A DNA stretch of 64,000 nt from an uncultured Planctomycetales bacterium. Its GTDB lineage: Bacteria; Omnitrophota; Gorgyraeia; Gygaellales; Profunditerraquicolaceae. Below, piece after piece: positions 29,591-36,872 of the stretch. A program made the position numbers and the translations under genes. The stretch is from positions 12,946 through 76,945 of the forward strand of contig CAZIUK010000003.1 in assembly GCA_964542785.1 (NCBI GenBank), read 5' to 3'. The first letter of the stretch is position 1. Every line of letters starts with the position of its first letter. The notes beneath the pieces were generated by a model, which did not search any database, was not told the DNA's origin, and was given only the letters and a program-made list of their open reading frames with translations.

Positions 29591-30415
29591 ATGAGCTATT
29601 ATTCCGCGCTGGGGTTAAAAAAGGAACCTTTTTCTAATAGCCCTGACCCCGATTTTTTCTTTGAATCCAATGAACATAAAGCTGCCCTTACCAGGCTTTT
29701 GATTGAAATACGTCTGCGTAGAGGCTTAAGCGTTATTTTAGGTGATGTAGGAGTCGGCAAGACTACTCTTTCCCGTAAACTTTTTCAAATGCTAAAAGAG
29801 CGTTTGGATATACTCTTCTTTATGGTCTTGGATCCAACCGCTGAAAGCGCAGAGTTATTCTTAGAGTCGTTAGTGCGTACCTTTAACCTGCAGGATGATA
29901 TCGGTGATTCTCCGACAATACTTGATTATAAAGAGGTTATTAAAAAATTTCTCTTTCAGAAGGGGGTGGAGGAGAATAAAACTATAGTTTTAGTTGTTGA
30001 TGAAGCTCAAAAGCTTAACCCCTTGTCTTTAGAGATCTTACGCGTCTTATTAAATTATGAAACTAATGATTTTAAGCTTTTGCAGTTAGTCTTATTGGGG
30101 CAGTTGGAGCTCTTGTCTAGAATAAAAGAGATTAAGAATTTTTATGACCGTATAGTCCTTAAATATGTAATAAACCCTTTAGATGAATTAGCGACAAGGG
30201 ATTTAATTGATTTTCGTTTGAAGCATTCTGGTTTTGATTCTGAACTAAAACTTTTTACAGAGGAAGCAGTTAGCGAGGTTTACCGTTATAGCCAAGGTTA
30301 TCCGCGCAGGATTAATTTAATTTGCCATAATTCATTAAGAAATTTTTTGATGAGCAAAAAAACTTTAATTGATGCAGATATAATTAGAGAAGCAATAACT
30401 AAAAGCGCCTTATAG
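29591..30415 (+). CDS. ExeA/GspA-like AAA ATPase (secretin-assembly factor family)
   Basis: Walker A is GDVGVGKTT. The Walker B plus sensor region is LVVDEAQKLNPLSLEILRVLLNYETNDFKLLQLVLLGQLEL. Its length and motifs resemble the short GspA forms. Confidence 0.7.
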   Translation: MSYYSALGLKKEPFSNSPDPDFFFESNEHKAALTRLLIEIRLRRGLSVILGDVGVGKTTLSRKLFQMLKERLDILFFMVLDPTAESAELFLESLVRTFNLQDDIGDSPTILDYKEVIKKFLFQKGVEENKTIVLVVDEAQKLNPLSLEILRVLLNYETNDFKLLQLVLLGQLELLSRIKEIKNFYDRIVLKYVINPLDELATRDLIDFRLKHSGFDSELKLFTEEAVSEVYRYSQGYPRRINLICHNSLRNFLMSKKTLIDADIIREAITKSAL

Positions 30416-30417
30416 TT

Positions 30418-31077
30418 ATGGATAAACAGAGCTCTGACGAAAGACTCCTTAAGCTTATAGAAGGTCAATATAATACCACTACCTTAAAAGGACAGCAAAT
30501 CCCATTTCCCAAAGGACAGAAGCCCGCTATAGAGAAAATAGAGAGAAAATTTAACCTCAATAAATTATTATCTCAAATTAAGGAGCTAAAAATTGATTTA
30601 GTTTATATTAACAAAGGATTAATTTTAGCAGCTGTTTTTTTAGTTTTAGTTTTTTTATTTACTATCTTTACTCCTCCTGGGACTTCTCTTTTAAGCCTTG
30701 AGACTTTTAATAACGCTAGCTCTCGGCAGATAGAGCAGCTAATTAATATGGGGCAAAAGCAGGCGAGTTTGCGTAAATCTGCCTCCTTTAAGGATATAAA
30801 AAGGAATATATTTCTTCCTTTTAGCGCTCCTCAGGGTTTATTAAACCTACAGCAAGCTACAGAATTATCGGAAGAGATAAAAGCGTTAAAATTGGTGGGT
30901 ATTATTTGGTCGGCTGATCCTGAGGTTATGATTGAGAATGCAAAAGACACAAGGACTTATATACTTAAAAAAGGAGATACTTTTAATGAATCTTATAAGG
31001 TAAAAAATATAACACGCAATTCAGTAACCTTGCAGGTATCTACCCAAGATGGCCTAAAGGATTATGAGCTAAGATGA
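30418..31077 (+). CDS. Bitopic inner-membrane protein with a GspB/GspC-HR/PilP-like C-terminal domain (putative secretin-interacting partner of GspA)
   Basis: It has a single TM segment (GLILAAVFLVLVFLFTIF). The C-terminus LKLVGIIWSADPEVMIENAKDTRTYILKKGDTFNESYKVKNITRNSVTLQ resembles the HR/PilP fold. It sits directly between the GspA-like gene and the secretins. Confidence 0.45.
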   Translation: MDKQSSDERLLKLIEGQYNTTTLKGQQIPFPKGQKPAIEKIERKFNLNKLLSQIKELKIDLVYINKGLILAAVFLVLVFLFTIFTPPGTSLLSLETFNNASSRQIEQLINMGQKQASLRKSASFKDIKRNIFLPFSAPQGLLNLQQATELSEEIKALKLVGIIWSADPEVMIENAKDTRTYILKKGDTFNESYKVKNITRNSVTLQVSTQDGLKDYELR

Positions 31078-32609
31078 GGATTTTATTTTATTTTTTCTTA
31101 TATTTATCTTTATTTTTATTTTATCCCGGGTTAATTTTATCAGGAGAGGAAGGTACGCAGGTAAGCGCAGTTAAGGAGGTTAAGTTAGACGGGGTAAATG
31201 ATGATAGTCAAGAGAGTATTGATAAGATTTCTTTGGATCTGAAAGGGGTTGATATCAATGAGCTTTTTAAGATAATTTCTGCAAAATCCGGAATCACCAT
31301 AGTTACCTCTCCTGAAGTAAGGGGCCGGGTTTCGGTTTTTATTGATAATTTAAGTTTTGATGATGCGTTAGACGTAATCGTGACCTTACAGGATCTTGCT
31401 TACGAGAAGAAGGGGAACGTAGTAAAGGTGATGACTATGGTAGAGTATGAGCGGGCCTATGGGAAAAAATTCGGGGAGAGGAAAGAGACCCGTACTATAC
31501 GGCTTACTTATGCTAAGCCTTCTAATGTCGTCAATGCAATTACCTCCTTAAAGTCTGACCTTGGCAAGATTATTGCCGATGAATCTACCGGGACTATTAT
31601 TATAACCGATACTCCGCAATCTTTAAGTGTCATTTTAGAAGCTATTAAAGAATTAGACCGTCCTTTAGAAACTTTAGTAATTGATATTAATTATGCGCGT
31701 TTTGGGGATATAAAAAATTACCTGAATGAATTAATTACCCCCGGGGTAGGGCAGATTATCTCTGATGATAGAAGCGGTAAAGTGGTGGTTTATGATTTTC
31801 CTCAAAGGTTGGCGCGCATTAAAAACCTTTTGCAGGAATTAGACGAACAGTCCCGTCAGGTGCTTATTACTGGAGAGATTATTGAAGTAGAGATAGGCGA
31901 TAAATTTCAAAGCGGTATTGAGTGGGAAAAAATATTTAAGTCTGTGCATATGGATAATTTGGATTTAGTAGCGAAATTTCCAGTTACCCCGGCTTTGGCT
32001 AATTACGGTAAAATTAGCATAGGAACCTTGACACAGGACCATTATAATATAATAATTAATATGATTAATGAATATGGAAAGACTAAGATACTTAACCGCC
32101 CTAGGATTGTGGCGGTTAATAAAGAAGAGGCTAGGATTCTTGTCGGGACTCGCGAGGCCTATGTTACCTCTAGCCAAAGCCAAAGCGAAACTTCTGTAGT
32201 TACCGCAGAGAACATCAACTTTGTAGATGTCGGGCTTAAGCTGGTGGTTATTCCTACTATTGGCTCTGACGGTTTTATTACTATGAAAATAAAGCCTGAA
32301 ATCAGCACAGTAAAGGAGTATTTAGATACTGAGGCAGGTGGCCGTGTGCCGATAGTTAAAACTGCTGAATCGGAGACTGTGGTTAAGGTAAAAGACGGAA
32401 ATATGTTAGTTATAGCAGGGTTGATGATAGATAGTGATTTAAAAGAGGCTAAGGGGCTGCCTGATTTGTCTAAGTTGCCTATTTTAGGCCATTTATTTTC
32501 TACGAAGACAAAGGAAAAGACAAAATCAGAAATAGTTATTTTTATAACGCCAACAATTATAAGCGGCACTAGTGATTTTGGGCGCGAGGAGAGAAATGCA
32601 ATCAGGTAA
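31074..32609 (+). CDS. Secretin (GspD/PilQ family) outer-membrane channel protein, copy 1
   Basis: It has a signal peptide, secretin-N-type domains (TIRLTYAKPSNVVNAITSLKSDLGKII...TGTIIITDTPQSL) and a C-terminal secretin domain (YGKTKILNRPRIVAVNKEEARILVG ... VKDGNMLVIAGL ... LPILGHLFS). Confidence 0.8.
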   Translation: MRILFYFFLYLSLFLFYPGLILSGEEGTQVSAVKEVKLDGVNDDSQESIDKISLDLKGVDINELFKIISAKSGITIVTSPEVRGRVSVFIDNLSFDDALDVIVTLQDLAYEKKGNVVKVMTMVEYERAYGKKFGERKETRTIRLTYAKPSNVVNAITSLKSDLGKIIADESTGTIIITDTPQSLSVILEAIKELDRPLETLVIDINYARFGDIKNYLNELITPGVGQIISDDRSGKVVVYDFPQRLARIKNLLQELDEQSRQVLITGEIIEVEIGDKFQSGIEWEKIFKSVHMDNLDLVAKFPVTPALANYGKISIGTLTQDHYNIIINMINEYGKTKILNRPRIVAVNKEEARILVGTREAYVTSSQSQSETSVVTAENINFVDVGLKLVVIPTIGSDGFITMKIKPEISTVKEYLDTEAGGRVPIVKTAESETVVKVKDGNMLVIAGLMIDSDLKEAKGLPDLSKLPILGHLFSTKTKEKTKSEIVIFITPTIISGTSDFGREERNAIR

Positions 32610-32628
32610 TATTATAAATGGTATAAAA

Positions 32629-32665
32629 GGGGACAGCGACTTTTTTATCAAAAAGTCGCTGTCCC
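32629..32665. repeat. REP-like inverted pair (hairpin): GGGGACAGCGAC-ttttttatcaaaaa-GTCGCTGTCCC
   Basis: I read it directly from the sequence. It lies in the 20-bp gap between the secretin-1 stop and the likely secretin-2 start. Confidence 0.8.
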
Positions 32666-32670
32666 TATTT

Positions 32671-34611
32671 ATGAAATGGGGTATCTGCCTATTTTTATTA
32701 TTTTTGCTGATAGCGCCTTTAGGGGCTTTTATTTTTGCGCAAGGCGATATTGATTATGATGAACAGATAGATAAGATTTCTTTAGATTTAAAGAATGTTG
32801 AAATTGTAGAGCTTCTGCGCATACTTTCTCTTAAGACAAAAAAGACAATTGTCCCCAGCAAAGATATCTCAGGGCGCGTTACTATTTACCTTAATAACGT
32901 CTCTTTTAATGACGTTTTAGATATAGTCCTTTTAACTCAAGGCCTGGCTTTAAACAAAAAAGATAATATTTATTATGTTATGAGCGAAGCTGAATTTAAA
33001 AAAATTTTCGGCCGGGATTACATTGACAATAGAAAGGTAGAGACGGTAAAGCTTGCTTATGCTAAGCCCTCGGTAGTTTTTAATGCCTTAGGCCAGTTAA
33101 AATCAGATCTGGGGAAATTAGTCGTAGATGAATCAAGCGGGACGGTTATTCTTATAGATATTCCCGAAAAACTTTCTCTGATGAAAAAGATGATAAATGA
33201 AATGGACCAGCCATTGACAACCAAGGTCTACAACCTTAACTACATTAAAGCTGCTGATGCTAAAACTCAAATAACTGCCGCTATTACGCAAGGCACAGGA
33301 GAGGTTATAGTAGATGAAAGAAGCAGTAAAGCTATTGTTTCAGATTTATCTAAGAAAATGGATAAGATAGGTATGCTTGTACGCGAGATAGACGAAGAAT
33401 CGCGCCAGGTTTATGTGGAGGCTGATATTGTAGAGCTTAGTTTAAGCGATAAGTTTGAGCGCGGCATAGATTGGGAGAAGGTTTATACCTCTGCGGCTAT
33501 GGATGGATTAACCTTTGCCGGTTATTTCCCTGCTACATTAGCGCAGTTTCAAAAAATATCCGTTGGCACTTTAGCCGTGGATCACTACAAGGCCATATTA
33601 AATTTTCTTAACACTTACGGCAAGACGAATATCATCTCTCAGCCTAGGATAGCAGTTGTTAATAATGAAGAGGCAAATATTATGATTGGCGTGCGTGAGG
33701 CTTATATAACACAGACGCAGAGTCAGGCTACTTCCACTACGGTTACTTCGGAAACGGTAGAGTTTATTGATGTTGGCGTTAAGCTTAAAATATCCCCAAG
33801 GATAGGCTCTGATGGTTTTATCACTATGAAACTTAAACCTGAGGTAAGCTCTGTAAAGGAGACAGTAGAGACTTCTTTAGGCAGCCGTATTCCGATAGTC
33901 CAGACTTCTGAGTCAGAGACGACGGTAAAGGTTAAGGATGGGACGATGATTATGATTGCCGGGATGACTAAGATTGAAAATGTAGATGCGATTAAGGGTT
34001 GGCCAGTGCTTTCTAAAATTCCCTTTCTTGATATATTCTTTGGCAATCGTACCAGCGAGAAAAAGAGAACAGAGGTTATAGTCTTTTTGACTCCGAGAAT
34101 AATGCGCAGTGATGAAGGCTTAAGAGGATTAGAGATTGCTAAGATTCTCCCTAAGGAATATCTGCCTGAGAAGCTGCAGGTTAAGATAGACAGGGACCAG
34201 AAGATAGATGACGCTTTGTTTGAGACTGAGGAGAATCCGCAGGAATTACTTACGGCGCGCGATTATTATTTTAAGGGGTTAGAGTCGCAGGCATCTTTGG
34301 ATAATAAAGAGGCCATACGTTATTTTAAGAAGGCTATAGAGTTAGATAGTAAATATGCCGCGGCTTATAACAATTTAGGAATTGCTTATGAGAAGGAGTT
34401 TATGCCGGAAAAAGCAGAAGAGGCGTATCTTCAGGTTATATCTATGGACCCTTCTTTTGTCTCTGCTTATTCTAATTTAGCCTTACTTAATGAAGACCGG
34501 CTTGATTATGCCCGGGCGCTTATTTATTGGAGAAAACGAGTCCTTTACGGAGACCCTAATGATGAGTGGACTAAACAGGCTGTTCAAAGGGTTAAGGAGC
34601 TTAGCCGTTAA
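32671..34611 (+). CDS. Secretin (GspD/PilQ family), copy 2, with a C-terminal TPR-repeat extension
   Basis: It is paralogous to copy 1 (KISLDLKNVEIVELLRIL..., YGKTNIISQPRIAVVNNEEANIMIG, VKDGTMIMIAGM). C-terminal TPR repeats include AIRYFKKAIELDSKYAAAYNNLGIAYEK. The track start 32572 would translate the REP hairpin, so the more likely start is ATG 32671, which gives the signal peptide MKWGICLFLLFLLIAPLGAFIFAQG. Confidence 0.75.
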   Translation: MKWGICLFLLFLLIAPLGAFIFAQGDIDYDEQIDKISLDLKNVEIVELLRILSLKTKKTIVPSKDISGRVTIYLNNVSFNDVLDIVLLTQGLALNKKDNIYYVMSEAEFKKIFGRDYIDNRKVETVKLAYAKPSVVFNALGQLKSDLGKLVVDESSGTVILIDIPEKLSLMKKMINEMDQPLTTKVYNLNYIKAADAKTQITAAITQGTGEVIVDERSSKAIVSDLSKKMDKIGMLVREIDEESRQVYVEADIVELSLSDKFERGIDWEKVYTSAAMDGLTFAGYFPATLAQFQKISVGTLAVDHYKAILNFLNTYGKTNIISQPRIAVVNNEEANIMIGVREAYITQTQSQATSTTVTSETVEFIDVGVKLKISPRIGSDGFITMKLKPEVSSVKETVETSLGSRIPIVQTSESETTVKVKDGTMIMIAGMTKIENVDAIKGWPVLSKIPFLDIFFGNRTSEKKRTEVIVFLTPRIMRSDEGLRGLEIAKILPKEYLPEKLQVKIDRDQKIDDALFETEENPQELLTARDYYFKGLESQASLDNKEAIRYFKKAIELDSKYAAAYNNLGIAYEKEFMPEKAEEAYLQVISMDPSFVSAYSNLALLNEDRLDYARALIYWRKRVLYGDPNDEWTKQAVQRVKELSR

Positions 34612-35965
34612 CTTAAAACCAAAGAAGAGCTTTTTTCAGGAGAAACTCCTCCTCTTTTCTTTTTTCATCCTTATTTTTAGCACCTTTCTTATAGGATCTG
34701 TTGGTATATCCAAAATATATTGGTTTAATGCTAAAGTTAAAGATTTAGCCCAACATAACCTTAAATTAGAGTCCGCAGTTCTTGAGATGAGGATAAGGAA
34801 TGCTAATTTTGCGATGGGGGTGCGTAACTATGTTTTTTGGCGCGCTTCACGCTACTTGCAGTCTGTATCCATTGCCGGAGACTTAGATAAGATTTTTATT
34901 TCGGTAGAAGATTTTGAAGAGCATCTTAAAGCGTATCGCCAGAGTTCTTATCTAAAGGAGCAGAGGGATTGGGCAGATGAAGTAGCTTTAGCTTTTGATG
35001 GGGTTGTCCAGCAAGGCAAGAGGCTTGTTGAGCTGCTTGGAAAAGAAGAACCGGGAAAGATAAGCGAGCTTATAAACAGCCAGTTGATGAGCTTTGAGAA
35101 TAATGTTTACCGAATTGATGAATTTTTAGATAAGGCGATGGGCAAGTCTAATCTTGCTGAGGTAGAGCGCCAGATGCTTATTACAGCTCAGGATAAGGAG
35201 CAGGCTATTAGTTTTTTGAAGGTAAGCCTTATTGTATCTATTCTTATGGGGTTAGTTATTGCGTCTGTGGTATATCGCAGGATAGTCCGGGAAAAAGCTT
35301 ACCGCCAGAAACTCTTTGACCGGATTGTAAATCTTGAGGAGGACGAGCGTAAGAAGCTCTCTACCGCGGTTCATGATGAGATGGGCCAAGACTTAAGCGC
35401 CCTTAAGATTTATTTAGGGTTAATTTCTCAAGAGCTGCCGGATATAGCTGAAGATACTAAGAAAAAGCTTGATGAGTGCAAAAAGATCGCTTCCGGGCTT
35501 ATCGAGAAGAGCCATAATATTTCTTTTCTTCTCAGGCCCCCGGAGTTAGACGAGGTAGGGCTTTTAGAGAGCATAGAATCGCTTCTTCTTGAGGCTAAAC
35601 ATTTAACGGGGATAGAGTATTCATTTCAGAAGCCTAAGCTTTTGCTGGATTGTTCGGCAGAGAGGAGTCTTTTGCTTTACCGCGCCTCTCAGGAACTTTT
35701 AACCAATATGATAAAATATGCAAAGGCAAAAAATGTGGTTTTACGTTTAAATAGGATCGGTGATTCCGCTCAGCTTTTTTATTATGATGATGGTTGCGGG
35801 TTTGATCTTGCAAAGTTAAAGTATAAATTATTGCGCCGCAGAGAGGATAAGTTTGGCTTGGGGTTATTGGGCCTGAAAGAAAGGGTGGAGCTTTTAGGCG
35901 GGGATATAAAGATAAATTCGTCTTTGGGGGGAGGCACGACTATTATAGTCAATTTGCCGCTTTAA
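34559..35965 (+). CDS. Sensor histidine kinase (NarX/LiaS-type, HisKA_3 + HATPase)
   Basis: It has two N-terminal TM segments and the H-box LSTAVHDEMGQDLSALKIY. The ATPase G-boxes include DDGCGFD and GLGLLGLKERVELLGG. The start is probably ATG 34559/34562 rather than the track's 34490, because the 5' end overlaps the secretin stop. Confidence 0.75.
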   Translation: MMSGLNRLFKGLRSLAVNLKPKKSFFQEKLLLFSFFILIFSTFLIGSVGISKIYWFNAKVKDLAQHNLKLESAVLEMRIRNANFAMGVRNYVFWRASRYLQSVSIAGDLDKIFISVEDFEEHLKAYRQSSYLKEQRDWADEVALAFDGVVQQGKRLVELLGKEEPGKISELINSQLMSFENNVYRIDEFLDKAMGKSNLAEVERQMLITAQDKEQAISFLKVSLIVSILMGLVIASVVYRRIVREKAYRQKLFDRIVNLEEDERKKLSTAVHDEMGQDLSALKIYLGLISQELPDIAEDTKKKLDECKKIASGLIEKSHNISFLLRPPELDEVGLLESIESLLLEAKHLTGIEYSFQKPKLLLDCSAERSLLLYRASQELLTNMIKYAKAKNVVLRLNRIGDSAQLFYYDDGCGFDLAKLKYKLLRRREDKFGLGLLGLKERVELLGGDIKINSSLGGGTTIIVNLPL

Positions 35966-35967
35966 TC

Positions 35968-36609
35968 ATGCCTATAAGAGTCGCTATAGTCGATGACCAC
36001 GATATAATCCGTTTGGGGATAAAGAGTGTCTTAGAGAAAATCACAGATTATGAAATTTGCGCTGAAGGAGAGAATGGCGAAGAAGCCTTAAAGATCGCGC
36101 AAAGCTTATCTCCGGATATTATGTTGTTAGATATAACTATGCCTAAGCTTGGAGGGCTTGATATTATTTCCAGGATAAAACGTGCCAGTCCTAAAACCCG
36201 CATTGTGATTATTTCGGTGCATAAATTAGGGGCGTATGTTTTAAAGGCCTTAAGGCAAGGAGTAAGCGGGTATCTTAATAAGGAGAATGTTGCAGAAGAA
36301 CTACTTCTAGCACTTTCAAGCGTATCTAAGGGTAAGGTTTATTTTGGTCAAGAGATATCTCAGTATCTTGCAGAGACTGTTAAAAACCCGGACCAAAAAC
36401 CCTTGTCTCACAGCCTTCTGAGTGAAAAGGAATTGGATATTCTGCGTTTGGTAGTTGAAGGGAAGACAGCAAAAGAGATAGCAGAGGTTACTTTTCTAAG
36501 CCATCGGACAGTTGAAAATTATAAGAATAGTATTATGAAAAAGCTTAATTTACACAAGACAAGTGATTTGATTAAGTACTCATTAGAGAACAAAATACTT
36601 GATATTTGA
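35968..36609 (+). CDS. NarL/LuxR-family response regulator (REC + LuxR HTH)
   Basis: The receiver reads RVAIVDDHDIIR...IMLLDITMP. The C-terminal LuxR HTH reads LSEKELDILRLVVEGKTAKEIAEVTFLSHRTVENYKNSIMKKL. Confidence 0.85.
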   Translation: MPIRVAIVDDHDIIRLGIKSVLEKITDYEICAEGENGEEALKIAQSLSPDIMLLDITMPKLGGLDIISRIKRASPKTRIVIISVHKLGAYVLKALRQGVSGYLNKENVAEELLLALSSVSKGKVYFGQEISQYLAETVKNPDQKPLSHSLLSEKELDILRLVVEGKTAKEIAEVTFLSHRTVENYKNSIMKKLNLHKTSDLIKYSLENKILDI

Positions 36610-36614
36610 TCTTA

Positions 36615-36644
36615 TAAATGTCCAATCTAAAATGTCCATTCTAA
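36615..36644 (+). repeat. Tandem 15-bp direct repeat (AAATGTCCAATCTAA / AAATGTCCATTCTAA) just downstream of the response-regulator gene
   Basis: I read it directly from the sequence. It is a candidate regulator-binding site, with a single REP copy immediately after it. Confidence 0.5.
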
Positions 36645-36656
36645 GGAGAAGGGAAA

Positions 36657-36669
36657 GGGGGACAGCGAC
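36657..36669 (+). repeat. REP-like single copy GGGGACAGCGACT
   Basis: It is an exact copy of the 12-mer core. Confidence 0.7.
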
Positions 36670-36787
36670 TATTTATAAGAGTAATATTTATAATAAAATA
36701 GAGTAGTTTTACGATTGTTATTTTAGGATAAATATAATATACTTAAGGTACAGGTTAAAAATAAAAAATGGCAGGTATAATGAAAAT

Positions 36788-36817
36788 AATAAACAATAAC
36801 AATAACAATAACAACAA
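36788..36817 (+). repeat. Hexanucleotide microsatellite (AATAAC/AACAAT) with about 4.5 units
   Basis: The sequence is aataaacaataacaataacaataacaacaa. It would encode poly-Asn if the track start 36768 were real, but it is more likely noncoding 5' leader. Confidence 0.55.
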
Positions 36818-36818
36818 A

Positions 36819-36872
36819 GGGGACAGCGACTATTACTATTTTTGCGCTATGATAAAAAAAGTCGCTGTCCCC
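36819..36872. repeat. REP-like inverted pair with a 30-nt spacer (GGGGACAGCGAC ... GTCGCTGTCCCC)
   Basis: The spacer contains the likely ATG (36849) of the downstream gene. The second arm AAAAAAGTCGCTGTCCCC is translated as KKVAVP within the signal peptide. Confidence 0.8.

Noticed and set aside
32572-32670. The track start of secretin 2.
   Set aside because: It would translate a REP hairpin. The downstream Met gives a signal peptide and aligns with the N-terminus of secretin 1.
36768-36848. The track start of the 856-aa ORF, which would encode a poly-Asn run and the peptide GDSDYYYF.
   Set aside because: This segment is made of a microsatellite plus a REP arm and overlaps a TATAAT-like element. 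The downstream Met gives a textbook signal peptide.
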